This document shows, piece after piece, positions 33,846-44,818 of a stretch of DNA of 64,000 nt (position 1 is the first letter of the stretch; each line of letters opens with the position of its first letter). Source of the DNA: Treponemataceae bacterium (GTDB taxonomy: Bacteria > Spirochaetota > Spirochaetia > Treponematales > Rectinemataceae). The notes under the pieces are model-generated. The model searched no databases and was not told the DNA's origin. It saw only the letters and a program-made list of their open reading frames with translations. The stretch covers positions 864,001 to 928,000 of the forward strand of contig CAXXVZ010000005.1 in the NCBI GenBank assembly GCA_963678065.2, given 5' to 3'. Both the position numbers and the translations under genes were made by a program.

Positions 33846-34805
33846 TATCTGCTTCAATTTTAGTAAAAAAGGGCTTATCTATCTCTATTGGTTTCTCTGG
33901 ATTTACTTCTGAGTATTTTGAATAAAAGTATTTCAAAGAATTATTAATTCTACTATATGTATTTGAAAACAAATCCCAATGCTCAATATTGTTTTTTATA
34001 CTCAATATTCCTTTTACATTTTTAGATATTTCATTTTGAAGCTCATTAATTATTGTATCTTCATTAATATTTTCAAAATCAGCTTTATTATTTGCAAATA
34101 CATGAAATTCCAAAAAACGGATAGATCCTAAAATATCTATATACACTTTTTTATACTTAAATGAATAATGCCATTGGATAAAATTATCGGAATCATTTGC
34201 TCTTATAAAAGATTGAAAGCCATTTGGTTGTCCATATTTGAATCTAAGGAAGCAGTATAAATCTATTTGTTTAATACGATGGTTGTTCCTAATAATCAAA
34301 CTTTCCATACTTTTGTTTTTTATTAAGTCAATGTATTCTTTATCTTTATGCAAAGTCATTTCATTTATTATCATTGCATCCTCATATTCGATGTAGTTAA
34401 ATCAATATTCATCTTTAAATTGTACGAGCCCGACGGCCGGAGGCCCGGGCGAGTCCTAATCAAACAAATGCGGGAAATTGGTATTGCGCCTAACGTTTGC
34501 CTGCCTACGACGTTGTGGCGAGCATCGGCGAGCCACAATGTGCCTGAGCGGAATGAGCGACAGCGAGTGCAGCGATGGCCGAAGAAGGAGCCGAAGGCGA
34601 CTGATGAGCGTGGGCAGTGCTGTTAGCCGCATGTACGAATTTCTCGCTTATCATGTTGTTTTTATAAGCATATACTTATCGGTTTCATTTTTTATTAATT
34701 CTAAGTTACTATACACTACCACGGACAAGGTGAACACCTAAGTTTTTGTAATAATTTATCAACATAATGCTTCATAAATTAGTTTAAAACGTGTGCTAAC
34801 ATATT

Positions 34806-35024
34806 TTATTGATTTGGTATATTCTCTATTTTAATATTTCCTCTTTTAACTAAAACAATGAGTATTACGACGGCAATAGAATAAGCTAGTAAAAAATATA
34901 TAACAGATGGATTTTTTACTAGTATCCTAATACTAATAGATCCAATAATCATAATTATTGATAATACTAAAAGATATCCAGCAAAGATATTACTCTTTTT
35001 TTTGTTCATTTTGATTCTTCTCAT
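34806..35024 (-). CDS. Small two-TM membrane protein
   Basis: Overlaps the end of the upstream gene; start probably at MNKKKS. Confidence 0.55.
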   Translation of the reverse strand: MRRIKMNKKKSNIFAGYLLVLSIIMIIGSISIRILVKNPSVIYFLLAYSIAVVILIVLVKRGNIKIENIPNQ

Positions 35025-36024
35025 TAATTACCGATAGCAAATTAATTATTGCTTCTGGACTACTAATTTTTTGTTCTTTTAGTTTATCTGAAAGAACTTT
35101 TTTTGTTTTTCTATCTTGACTAGAATTTAATAAAGCATTTAGTTTATCTATAAAGCTTCCTGTACTTAAGTCAAAATCAGCTTTATTAATCATAAACTTT
35201 AGTCCTCCACCATTAACAAATATTATGATCAATGCTACTAAAACAAGTATGTACGGAGCATATGAAATTAAATCAATCTCGCCAGGAGAGTTGAGATTTA
35301 TCTTTGACTCAATATTTGTTGTATCTTCTTTTATAGATAAGTCATAAAGTATTTCATCTCCTACATCTAGCAATGATAAGCATGTACTGAATAATTCTCT
35401 AAAAATTATTCCGTTTTCTTTTTCGACATTAAGGCGCAAATAGTATTTATCATTTTTTTTATAAAAATCATGAAGCAATGGATCTACCCAACTAGCATAG
35501 TTATTAACGTTAAAAATAGCTTGATGACTACTAAACATTTGAAAAAACTTTGGATTATAATTATTTTTTGGAATAGTTCTCATCCAGTTAATATTTTTTA
35601 CTTTATTGAATTCATCATCAATACTTATTGAGTCAACCTTTTTAATATATATATTTGAATGAGTAACAACATCCGATTCCACTATTCCTATAGCCAGATC
35701 ATCTGATGAGCTACTAGGAATTATCACAACATCCCCCTCCTTTACTTCGAAAAAGAACCTAAATAGTTGAGATACAATAAGTCCAGGGACCTTATGATCT
35801 GGATATATTTCAGAAACTTTTTGAAGTAGTTCCTGTCTTAATGCACTTTCGCTAATGTCTCTCTTATACATATAATTAATTGCAATTTCGGGGTAACCAA
35901 TTGAGATTACATTTTGATCTAGATAGCTTTCATACAAGCGACCACTATCAGTTCTAACAAACCAATAATTTCTTGAATCATTAATTTTAACACAATTATT
36001 TACTAGATCATCTAATATACTCAC
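34990..36024 (-). CDS. Hypothetical protein; N-terminus resembles EVE/PUA-like domains of restriction-associated proteins
   Basis: 344 aa; NYWFVRT, ISIGY, EVKEGDVVIIPS; hydrophobic segment near the C-terminus; AGGAG RBS. Confidence 0.6.
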   Translation of the reverse strand: MSILDDLVNNCVKINDSRNYWFVRTDSGRLYESYLDQNVISIGYPEIAINYMYKRDISESALRQELLQKVSEIYPDHKVPGLIVSQLFRFFFEVKEGDVVIIPSSSSDDLAIGIVESDVVTHSNIYIKKVDSISIDDEFNKVKNINWMRTIPKNNYNPKFFQMFSSHQAIFNVNNYASWVDPLLHDFYKKNDKYYLRLNVEKENGIIFRELFSTCLSLLDVGDEILYDLSIKEDTTNIESKINLNSPGEIDLISYAPYILVLVALIIIFVNGGGLKFMINKADFDLSTGSFIDKLNALLNSSQDRKTKKVLSDKLKEQKISSPEAIINLLSVINEKNQNEQKKE

Positions 36025-36408
36025 TTCAATTCTCCTTTATTGTATTACTACTTTCAATTATTTAATTGTAATAGCATGATTTTTACTGACCAGTATAGTA
36101 TAAACTAGATATTTTGATTTTTCTAGAAATTCGTATTGCGGCTAACGTTTGCCTGCCTACGACGTTGTGGCGAGCATCGGCGAGCCACAATGTGCCTGAG
36201 CGAAATGAGCGAATGCGAGTGGAGTGAAGGCCGAAGAAGGAGCCGTAGGCGACTGATGAGCGTGGGCAGTGCTGTTATATGCAGTACTTATTTTGCGCTT
36301 TTACTAAACCATCTCCGTGCCGAACGCCCGGAGGGCAAGGCACGGAGATCCAATAAAGTATTCCTATACAAAATGATTCGACCTAATTAATTTCATCAAT
36401 TATTCATA

Positions 36409-37089
36409 TCATTTAATGTTTTTAGGAATTTTTTTTTCATCAAGTGGCTTGGCAATATTCAACTTCTTAGCATCATTTTCCAATGATCGTATTATTTTAA
36501 TTTCAACTACACTTATTATTTCGGTAATCTTATCAACTGTTTTTGCACTATCACTATGTAATTTGGTGATTTCATCATTTATTTTTTCAATGCTATCATT
36601 TTTAGCTCTATTTAATAATCTGTTTTGTAGTTCTTTCAATTTACTAAACATATCCTCAATTTTTTTTATTTCATTACTTATTTCTTTGGAAGAAGTATCA
36701 GTAAATGGAAATTCGATTTTAATTAATTGATGAATAAATGCTAATTTCATTTGATTTTCGGTAATAAAGTCATCCAATAAATCAATATCTAATGTTTCCC
36801 CCGAGTTGAATTTATTTTTTGTGTTCTTAATAAAATTATATATGTAAGTAAGATATTCTGAGAACAATGTAATAATTTTGGTCATCGACTCACGTGATCT
36901 ATAATATTGTTCTTTTTTCAATTGAAATATTGTATTTTTACTATTTTGAAATATCGCAAAAAACCAACCGGTAATTGCCAATACAAAACCACTAACAATT
37001 GGTAGAATCAATTGCAAATAGTCATAAGTGGATTTTTGAGACTTTAGGGCATTTTTCAAGTATTCGATATAAACATCTGTTGGAATCAT
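36409..37089 (-). CDS. Hypothetical protein with one TM helix and coiled coil
   Basis: 226 aa ORF filling a cassette. Confidence 0.75.
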   Translation of the reverse strand: MIPTDVYIEYLKNALKSQKSTYDYLQLILPIVSGFVLAITGWFFAIFQNSKNTIFQLKKEQYYRSRESMTKIITLFSEYLTYIYNFIKNTKNKFNSGETLDIDLLDDFITENQMKLAFIHQLIKIEFPFTDTSSKEISNEIKKIEDMFSKLKELQNRLLNRAKNDSIEKINDEITKLHSDSAKTVDKITEIISVVEIKIIRSLENDAKKLNIAKPLDEKKIPKNIK

Positions 37090-37209
37090 CTACTTTCCTT
37101 TATCTGTTTGTATAATACGTCCAATATCAGCCAAAATCTATTATGTGCGAGCCCGACGGCCGGAGGCCCGGGCGAGCCCTATTTTAGTGACCGCGCAAAA
37201 TAAGTATTG

Positions 37210-37466
37210 CATATAACGTTCTGCCTGTTTGCGACGATGGCGCGAGCATCGGCGAGCGCCATTGTGCCTGAGCGGAATGAGCAAAGCGAGTGCAGCGATG
37301 GCCGAAGAGGGAGCCTGCGACCGATGAGCGTGAACAGCGCTGTTAGTTGCAGTCGTGACCTTCGAGCGCGCTTGGATGGGGAGACTTGTCTCCCCATCCA
37401 ATACTATATCTTGCGCGCGTTCTTCTCTTCCTCTTCTCTTACCCTTATTTTTTCTTTCACGATTGC
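37210..37466 (-). repeat. SNC, 1 copy
   Basis: Same unit. Confidence 0.9.
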
Positions 37467-37627
37467 AACTAACGTTTGCCTGCCTGCGACGTTTTGGCCC
37501 GCATCGGCGGGACAAAATGTGCCTGAGCGGAACGAGCGAATGCGAGTGCAGCGATGGCCGAAGAAGGAGCCGAAGGCGACTGATGAGCGTGGGCAGCGCT
37601 GTTAGGCGCTGTGTTTTTGAAAATTAT

Positions 37628-38497
37628 TTAAACAATTTCAATTTTACTTTGATTGTATATTTTCCTAATAAATCCAATATATTCCTTCTTTTTTTCAGAT
37701 TTTCGTAAAAGAATTAATAAGCCGCCAATTCCATATATTGCATTATTTAGTATAGGTATCATATACCTTATCTCGTAACATATCATTGGATCGGTTGGAT
37801 GAACAAAATGATTCCTTTGTTTTTTAATTTCCATAAACTGAGACCATTCTTTAGTGTTAATAAGATCCAATTCAGTTTTATCTGTAAATAAATACAACCA
37901 TGCTTTAATTCTTTCATCAATGGGTTTTGTTGATTTTAGTTCATTATAAACCTTTTCATCTTTAATAATTACATTTTGTTCCCGTATGTGAAATATATAT
38001 CGTTGAAGAAAACATTCAATAAGTGAAATGGAACTTAACAAATATGCTCTATACGCTCTTGAATACATCTTATAATTTTGACTATTGCACGCATCAACAA
38101 ACATTTCCCTAAAATAACAAATATCATCTGCCAATGATTTTTCTGGCGCTCCAATCATCCCATTCGTCTTCAATGTTTTTACACATGATCCAAAACGAGA
38201 TTCCATACTAAAGCTTTTTGTTATACCTTCTCCATCTTGACCTATTTCAAGAATTGGGCTTAAAAACTGATCATCAGAATCATATATATATTGAAGTACA
38301 TCTGCTTGTCCGTTTTCACAGACATTACGTATCTCTTTTTCAATATCAATTTCCCACACACCATTATTATTGGGAATTTTCAATATAGGTGGTAAATTTC
38401 CAGAGATCTTTTGTTTATAAATATCTTCGACCAATGCATAAACATATTGTCTTGCGTTTTCATAAGACATGAGATTTTTAGTGAATTTAAGTTTCAT
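37628..38497 (-). CDS. Hypothetical protein with HEPN-like RxxxxH motif
   Basis: 289 aa; SLIECF...QRNHFVHP. Confidence 0.65.
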   Translation of the reverse strand: MKLKFTKNLMSYENARQYVYALVEDIYKQKISGNLPPILKIPNNNGVWEIDIEKEIRNVCENGQADVLQYIYDSDDQFLSPILEIGQDGEGITKSFSMESRFGSCVKTLKTNGMIGAPEKSLADDICYFREMFVDACNSQNYKMYSRAYRAYLLSSISLIECFLQRYIFHIREQNVIIKDEKVYNELKSTKPIDERIKAWLYLFTDKTELDLINTKEWSQFMEIKKQRNHFVHPTDPMICYEIRYMIPILNNAIYGIGGLLILLRKSEKKKEYIGFIRKIYNQSKIEIV

Positions 38498-38525
38498 ACA
38501 TATTCTCCATTTTCAAAAACATTGC

Positions 38526-38781
38526 GCCTAACGTTCTGCCTGTTTGCGACGATGGCGTGAGCATCGGCGAGCGCCATTGTGCCTGAGCGGAATGAGCAGA
38601 GCGAGTGCAGCGATGGCCGAAGAGGGAGCCTGCGACCGATGAGCGTGAACAGCGCTGTTAGTTGCAGTCGTGACCTTCGAGCGCGCTTGGATGGGGAGAC
38701 TTGTCTCCTCATCCAATACTCTATCTTGCGCGCGTTCTTCTCTTCCTCTTCTCTTACCCTTATTTTTTCTTTCACGATTGC
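38526..38781 (-). repeat. SNC, 1 copy
   Basis: Same unit. Confidence 0.9.
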
Positions 38782-38942
38782 AACTAACGTTCGCCTGCCT
38801 ACGACGTTGTGGCGAGCATCGGCGAGCCACAATGTGCCTGAGCGGAATGAGCGACAGCGAGTGCAGCGATGGCCGAAGAAGGAGCCGCAGGCGACTGATG
38901 AGCGTGGGCAGTGCTGTTAGGCGATGTGTGTGCGCGACTATC

Positions 38943-39341
38943 TCACCAAACTACTTTTAATCCGTCTTCTTTGTATTTTTTGAAGTTTTCATCTTTACTC
39001 AGTATTACCATTTTTCGATGTATTGCTTGCCATATCAACATTCGATCAAATGGATCTTTATGATCCTCATAATATGTCAGGTCATTATACGTGCTCGATT
39101 CATCTTCATCCAAAGTAATTATTGACCCCACTTGCTTTGCATATTTTGGTAAATCCCTGATTTCTAGTCCTTCCAAGGTATACCGATGCATTCGAACTTT
39201 TATCGCTATTTCCCACAATGAAATAGTGCTGATAAATATTCCATTCTCTTTATCCTTTATTATATCCGATACTTTTTTACTTAACGTATCAGAATCCAAT
39301 AGAGACCAGATAAACGTATGCGTATCAAGTAAATACATCAT
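38943..39341 (-). CDS. vapC: VapC-family PIN toxin
   Basis: YLLDTHTFIW, SLWEIAIK, HKDPFDRMLIWQA. Confidence 0.9.
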   Translation of the reverse strand: MMYLLDTHTFIWSLLDSDTLSKKVSDIIKDKENGIFISTISLWEIAIKVRMHRYTLEGLEIRDLPKYAKQVGSIITLDEDESSTYNDLTYYEDHKDPFDRMLIWQAIHRKMVILSKDENFKKYKEDGLKVVW

Positions 39342-39344
39342 AGT

Positions 39345-39572
39345 TTATCCCAAAAACTCTTCTTCAGTAATTTTCCCATCTCCTATGATGGAAAATGATG
39401 CTTTCCCATTGAGCATGCCTATTTTTCGTTGTTTTTTGTCTTCATTTGGTACAAGCATAGCAATGGGTTTTTTTGCTTTCCCATACAATATCCTAACCTT
39501 TTCTCCGTGCTTTACAAGTTCAAGGAGTTCAGAAAAGTGGCTCTTGAATTCTCCAACCGTCATCTCTTTCAT
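39345..39572 (-). CDS. Phd/YefM-family antitoxin
   Basis: MKEMTVGEFKSHFSELLELVKHGE. Confidence 0.85.
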   Translation of the reverse strand: MKEMTVGEFKSHFSELLELVKHGEKVRILYGKAKKPIAMLVPNEDKKQRKIGMLNGKASFSIIGDGKITEEEFLG

Positions 39573-39578
39573 ATCCCA

Positions 39579-39607
39579 AATATACGTTATTCTTTTCAAG
39601 TTGTCAA
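39579..39607 (-). promoter_or_regulatory. Sigma70-type promoter, leaderless architecture
   Basis: TTGACA-17 bp-TATATT-6 bp-ATG(39572). Confidence 0.7.
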
Positions 39608-39859
39608 CTATATCTCGCGCACACATTTCGCCTAACGTTTGCCTGCCTACGACGTTGTGGCGAGCATCGGCGAGCCACAATGTGCCTGAGCGAAACGAGC
39701 GATAGCGAGTGCAGCGATGGCCGAAGAAGGAGCCGATAGGCGACTGATGAGCGTGGGCAGCGCTGTTAGCTGATGTTTGAACGCGCTCTTCTCTTCCATC
39801 TTCCCATCTTTTAAACTTTTTCTTTATCTTTTCAATTCATTATTCTATATTTGTTATCG

Positions 39860-40405
39860 TCATTTCTTCATTTTTTGCCATTCTTCTTCTACTATCCCCA
39901 ATACCATATCATCTTTCCATTCACCATGTATCAATACGCTCTTTACGAAATATCCTTCTTTTCTGAATCCGAGATTTTTCAACAATCGTATTGATGCAGT
40001 ATTTTCTGGATCTACTGATGCAACAATTCTATGTTTTTTCAATGTTGTGAAGATATAGTCAATAATTGCTTGAACTGATTCTTTTCCAAATCCCTTATGT
40101 TGATCTTTTTTCCCTATTGTATAACCAATCTCACATTGTTGATTTTCTGGATCTAAAAAATGGATCCCACTATCTCCAATAATTGTATCTTCATAATAAA
40201 TTCCAATTTGAAACCATGTATTCACAACATTGAATTGTGCAGTGTTATTTTTAATAAATATTTCTACATCATGGATGGACGCAGGTTTGAAGGACTGAAA
40301 CTCCATAATAGATGGATCAGATCGATATTCAAACATTCGCTCAGAATCCTCTGGAACAATATCTTTCAATACCAATCGGTTTGTTTGTATTTCAATATAG
40401 GCCAT
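39860..40405 (-). CDS. GNAT N-acetyltransferase (RimJ/RimL-like)
   Basis: 181 aa; diverged paralog of 20567-21148. Confidence 0.9.
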   Translation of the reverse strand: MAYIEIQTNRLVLKDIVPEDSERMFEYRSDPSIMEFQSFKPASIHDVEIFIKNNTAQFNVVNTWFQIGIYYEDTIIGDSGIHFLDPENQQCEIGYTIGKKDQHKGFGKESVQAIIDYIFTTLKKHRIVASVDPENTASIRLLKNLGFRKEGYFVKSVLIHGEWKDDMVLGIVEEEWQKMKK

Positions 40406-40599
40406 TATTTTTCCTGATCTTGCGCGTTCAAATTTCAGCTAACGTTCGCCTGCCTACGACGTTGTGGCGAGCATCGGCGAGCCACAATGTGCCTGAGCGG
40501 AATGAGCGCAGGCGAGTGCAGCGATGGCCGAAGAAGGAGCCGCAGGCGACTGATGAGCGTGGGCAGTGCTGTTAGCGGCTGTTTTGCTGCGCTCTTCTC

Positions 40600-41010
40600 C
40601 TATCCTCTATATACCTTTATCTTCCCATGTTTTTCCATGTTTTCAAAATCATTATCGTTATGCAGTAGTGGTACTTTGGCCATATTTGCATACGTAGCTA
40701 TTAGGCAATCATATGGTTTTCGTATCGTCACGCCTTTTTTTCTCAATCCTCTATACAGATCTATTGCATTTTTTGTCACTTCAAGAATATCAAAACCTAA
40801 CATATGATAACTTTCCATAATCTCTTTCATATCTTTATACACTTTTTCTTCTCGTATTCCCTGTAAGATCTCTTGATAGATTATAGGACAGAGTAGTATT
40901 TTCTGATTATTGAGCAACAGATCATGCAACATATCTACTTCAGGGAGTGCTTCTTTATTTTCACTAAAATATTCTATCCAGACTGACGTATCGACTAATA
41001 CCCCTATCAT
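40600..41010 (-). CDS. vapC: VapC PIN toxin, paralog of 11558-11968
   Basis: 136 aa, nearly identical to the first copy. Confidence 0.9.
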   Translation of the reverse strand: MIGVLVDTSVWIEYFSENKEALPEVDMLHDLLLNNQKILLCPIIYQEILQGIREEKVYKDMKEIMESYHMLGFDILEVTKNAIDLYRGLRKKGVTIRKPYDCLIATYANMAKVPLLHNDNDFENMEKHGKIKVYRG

Positions 41011-41201
41011 CTCATTGTTCTCATTTCTTCAAGATTCCCTTCCCAGATGTTTTTTCCACGGTACTTTATTATTTTTTTCCGAGTATATGCCCGAATATAT
41101 TCTTCAAGAGCCAGATTGATAACAGCTTTTTTTGTCGTCGCGCCACTAAGGTTCATAGCTTCTTTGACGAGAGTATCATCAAGTTCGATATTGGTTCTCA
41201 T
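41007..41201 (-). CDS. vapB: VapB antitoxin
   Basis: MRTNIELDD; GGAGG RBS. Confidence 0.88.
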   Translation of the reverse strand: MRTNIELDDTLVKEAMNLSGATTKKAVINLALEEYIRAYTRKKIIKYRGKNIWEGNLEEMRTMR

Positions 41202-41686
41202 ATTAATCCTCCATACACATTCCATATATAATACATACACATACATCAGTCAAGGCATTAGTAAATACATTTACGGCATAACGTTATATGCTATCTGATC
41301 TCGCGCAGCAATATTGCCGCTAACGTTTCCGGCCTACGACGTTGTGGCGAGCATCGGCGAGCCACAATGTGCCTGAGCGGAACGAGCGACAGCGAGTGCA
41401 GCGATGGCCGAAGAAGGAGCCGAAGGCGACTGATGAGCGTGGGCAGTGCTGTTAGGTGCTGTTCCGCCCGCGTCTTCGCCCGAGCCATAGATGGCGAGGG
41501 CGTCTTCCCATTTTTCACTTTTTTCCTAAATTCCCGAAGAATCATACCAAGGCGATATATATTTATATGACGAGCAATTTTTATACTTGGTATTTTTTAT
41601 ACCAAGTATCACATTACTATTTCTATATACTCTATAAAATAAGATCCATTGTTATTGTTTTAGAATTCAGGTCTTTATCGTTTCAT

Positions 41687-42163
41687 TTAATCTATTTCTT
41701 TTTGCATTCTTATTCGCATGTTTTTCATACCCATTTTTTGGAAAAACGCTTTTCCTCTTTCATTGAAATTCCATACATTTAGCTCTAGCGATGTATATCC
41801 TTTTTCTTTTCCCATTTGTTCTAGCTGCTTAAAGAATCCCTTTCCATAACCCTTTTTCCTTTCATCTTCCCTAACACAAATATCATCTATAAACATAATT
41901 CTTTGATCATATATCAAAGGATTATCTTTCACATTCATTTCTACTAAAGCAGCATATGCTATTATCTCTTTTCTCTCATTCTCAAGTATGAATATGTGCT
42001 CCTTTTCAAGCTCATCAAGAAATTCACTTTTAGCAAATGGATTTTCAGAGATTCTATAAAATTTAGGTTCTGATTCGACATGAATATTATGAACTTGCTT
42101 TTTCAGCATAAGAACACCCTCATAATCCTGTTCTATCGCTTTTCTAAATATTACCATTTTCAT
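41687..42163 (-). CDS. GNAT N-acetyltransferase
   Basis: 158 aa; IDDICV...RKKGYG, LELNVWNFN. Confidence 0.9.
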   Translation of the reverse strand: MKMVIFRKAIEQDYEGVLMLKKQVHNIHVESEPKFYRISENPFAKSEFLDELEKEHIFILENERKEIIAYAALVEMNVKDNPLIYDQRIMFIDDICVREDERKKGYGKGFFKQLEQMGKEKGYTSLELNVWNFNERGKAFFQKMGMKNMRIRMQKEID

Positions 42164-42360
42164 TCCCTTTCATGTATCGTAGAGTATGTAGTTTTGTCGA
42201 TATCATTAATGTAGCTACAAATACTATTGAATTATTTGAATATGATAAGTGCAAAGAACATCCTGTCATTAATACAAAACAAGCTATGAAGGTGATATTA
42301 ACAAGTTTCACGATCGCGCGTCAGGACGACGCGCGATCGTATCTTCGCGGGCGGAATTGC

Positions 42361-42616
42361 ACCTAACGTTCTGCCTGTTTGCGACGATGGCGCGAGCATC
42401 GGCGAGCGCCATTGTGCCTGAGCGGAATGAGCAAAGCGAGTGCAGCGATGGCCGAAGAGGGAGCCTGCGACCGATGAGCGTGAACAGCGCTGTTAGTTGC
42501 AGTCGTGACCTTCGAGCGCGCTTGGATGGGGAGACTTGTCTCCCCATCCAATACTATATCTTGCGCGCGTTCTTCTCTTCCTCTTCTCTTACCCTTATTT
42601 TTTCTTTCACGATTGC
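42361..42616 (-). repeat. SNC, 1 copy
   Basis: Same unit. Confidence 0.9.
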
Positions 42617-43025
42617 AACTAACGTTTCCGGCCTGCGACGTTTGCGACCGCATCGGCGGGCGCAAATGTGCCTGAATGGAACGAGCGTATGCGAGTGGAA
42701 TGAAGGCCGAAGAAGGAGCCGACAGGCGACTGATGAGCGTGGGCCGTGTTGTTATCTGCTTTTCGCCCCCTCTTCAAACCCTTTTTACCTTCTCTTCATC
42801 TTCCTCTTTTCTTCACCCTTTTACGTTTTTTTTTATCTTTATCCCCTATATGATTTTAGAACCATTCCATGGTTTTCAAAATTCTATTCGCAATAGTTTT
42901 GTTATAACCTATAATTTTCTTATTCCATTTTTAACAACTTTTTCACGTTTTCTTACCTTTATAAATTTCTTATCATTATACTTTATCTCTATCTAATATC
43001 TATAATTACTACCTATAGTATCTAT

Positions 43026-43054
43026 TTGACAAGCATACCTATTATATTTATCAT
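43026..43054 (+). promoter_or_regulatory. Sigma70-type promoter, leaderless architecture
   Basis: TTGACA-17 bp-TATCAT-6 bp-ATG(43061). Confidence 0.7.
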
Positions 43055-43060
43055 ATAATT

Positions 43061-43351
43061 ATGATACCACTACGGTTTTCATGGGATGAAGCTAAAAATA
43101 CGATCAACATCGCAAAACACAACATTTCATTTCATGAAGCCCAATCCGTATTCCATGATCCGTATGCCAGAATCATTGCTGATCCAGAACATTCAGATCA
43201 AGAAGATCGTTTCATACTGTTAGGTTTGAGTCAGAAGCTCAGACTCTTGATTGTCTGTCATTGTTATCGTTCTGATGACGACATCATCAGGATCATTTCT
43301 GCCAGAAAAGCTACAAAGACCGAATCCCAGTATTATGGAGGACCGCTATGA
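43061..43351 (+). CDS. brnT: BrnT family toxin, oriented opposite to the array
   Basis: FSWDEAKNTINIAKHNISFHEA...IRIISARKAT. Confidence 0.92.
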   Translation: MIPLRFSWDEAKNTINIAKHNISFHEAQSVFHDPYARIIADPEHSDQEDRFILLGLSQKLRLLIVCHCYRSDDDIIRIISARKATKTESQYYGGPL

Positions 43352-43557
43352 AAACTGAATACGATTTTTCCCAATCAAAACCAAATCCCTATATAAAGAA
43401 GCTCAGAAAACAGATCACCATCAGAATTGATATAGAGACGATTGAGTATTTCAAGAAGCAGGCTGAAACCACAGGGATTCCCTATCAAAACCTGATAAAT
43501 CTCTATCTGTACGATTGTGCCTCGAAATCGAAAAAACTTGATCTTGCCTGGAAATAA
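43348..43557 (+). CDS. brnA: BrnA/CopG family antitoxin
   Basis: EYDFS...ITIRIDIETIEYFK...GIPYQNLIN. Confidence 0.9.
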   Translation: MKTEYDFSQSKPNPYIKKLRKQITIRIDIETIEYFKKQAETTGIPYQNLINLYLYDCASKSKKLDLAWK

Positions 43558-43742
43558 TTTTCTTCCTCTCGGGGGCGAATTGCAGATAACGTTCGCCTGC
43601 CTACGACGTTGTGGCGAGCATCGGCGAGCCACAATGTGCCTGAGCGGAATGAGCGACAGCGAGTGCAGCGATGGCCGAAGAAGGAGCCGTAGGCGACTGA
43701 TGAGCGTGGGCAGTGCTGTTAGCTGCTGTAACACACGCGTCT

Positions 43743-44204
43743 TCATCCCCGTTCTTCTAGCTCTTTTACTCTTCGTTCAAATAGATCGATATGCCAGTGT
43801 AAATGAACAAAATAATCTTCTACCAGATACTTCAAACTTAGTTTTTCTTCCTTTGTTTCCCAATAGTTTCCCAGTGACTCTTTCTTTATGTTTCTAATTA
43901 TATATACGATATAATCATTGTACATTTTCCATAATTCTATTAATGATCTATACTTATATTCTCCTACCCCTGATACCTTTCGCCATTCTTCTGCATCATA
44001 CGATGGAAACTCTATTCGTCTCTCCTGTTGGAGGCGTATACATCTCTGATGATTATTTGATGCTGAATCTATCAAATGTCCCACCATTTCTTTTAAGGTC
44101 TATGTATCATCGGATAATCTACTATCTGCTATTTCTTCATGCTTCTGCATCACTGCATAAAACCCTTTTATTATTTCATGATATTTTTCTACAGCAAATT
44201 CCAC
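43743..44204 (-). pseudogene. DinB family protein with an internal nonsense codon
   Basis: GTG start at 44204 after AAGGAG. In-frame TAG at 44100-44102, where Trp is expected (T*TLKEMVGHLIDSASNNHQR). Confidence 0.8.
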
Positions 44205-44252
44205 ACCTGTCTCCTTATGTTCAATTCATATACTCACGTTGCATACATACAT

Positions 44253-44612
44253 TTATGCCTTATTCCCGTCATGAAATTCCATTGCCCGCACCGCATACCT
44301 CGCATATGCTGCAGCAGGTCCTCCTCCCATCTCTATTGCCACATCTATTGTTTCATAGATCTCTTTTTTTGTTGCTCCAGCAAGTCTTGCTTGCTGTACA
44401 TGCCATTCGATACAAGGCTCACATTTTGTTACGATTGATATGGATAATGCCATCAGTTCCTTGTGCTTTTTTGATAGTTCCCCTTCCTGAAATGCACGCT
44501 TTTCTACTTCCAGAAAGTGAGGATACGTCTCGCAATTTTCTACAAACATGCTATAAAGATATTTCCTATCCTTGATACTCTGCTGTAATTTCTCTTCATT
44601 ATACGAATCCAT
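44253..44612 (-). CDS. Carboxymuconolactone decarboxylase / AhpD family
   Basis: KELMALSISIVTKCEPCIEWH. Confidence 0.9.
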   Translation of the reverse strand: MDSYNEEKLQQSIKDRKYLYSMFVENCETYPHFLEVEKRAFQEGELSKKHKELMALSISIVTKCEPCIEWHVQQARLAGATKKEIYETIDVAIEMGGGPAAAYARYAVRAMEFHDGNKA

Positions 44613-44818
44613 GGCTACCTCTATTCAGAATGTTCTTCGTGCCAGAATAAGGCTATTCTTCCTTCTTCGCGTGTGTTATTGCAGCTAACGTTCGCCTGCC
44701 TACGACGTTGTGGCGAGCATCGGCGAGCCACAATGTGCCTGAGCGGAATGAGCGATAGCGAGTGCAGCGATGGCCGAAGAAGGAGCCGAAAGGCGACTGA
44801 TGAGCGTGGGCAGTGCTG

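Larger units (their letters stand above)
33023..34374 (-). pseudogene. HEPN-motif hypothetical protein disrupted by two MITEs
   Basis: Equals intact 60750-61901 (1152 bp) plus two insertions of 98+2 bp. Confidence 0.93.
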
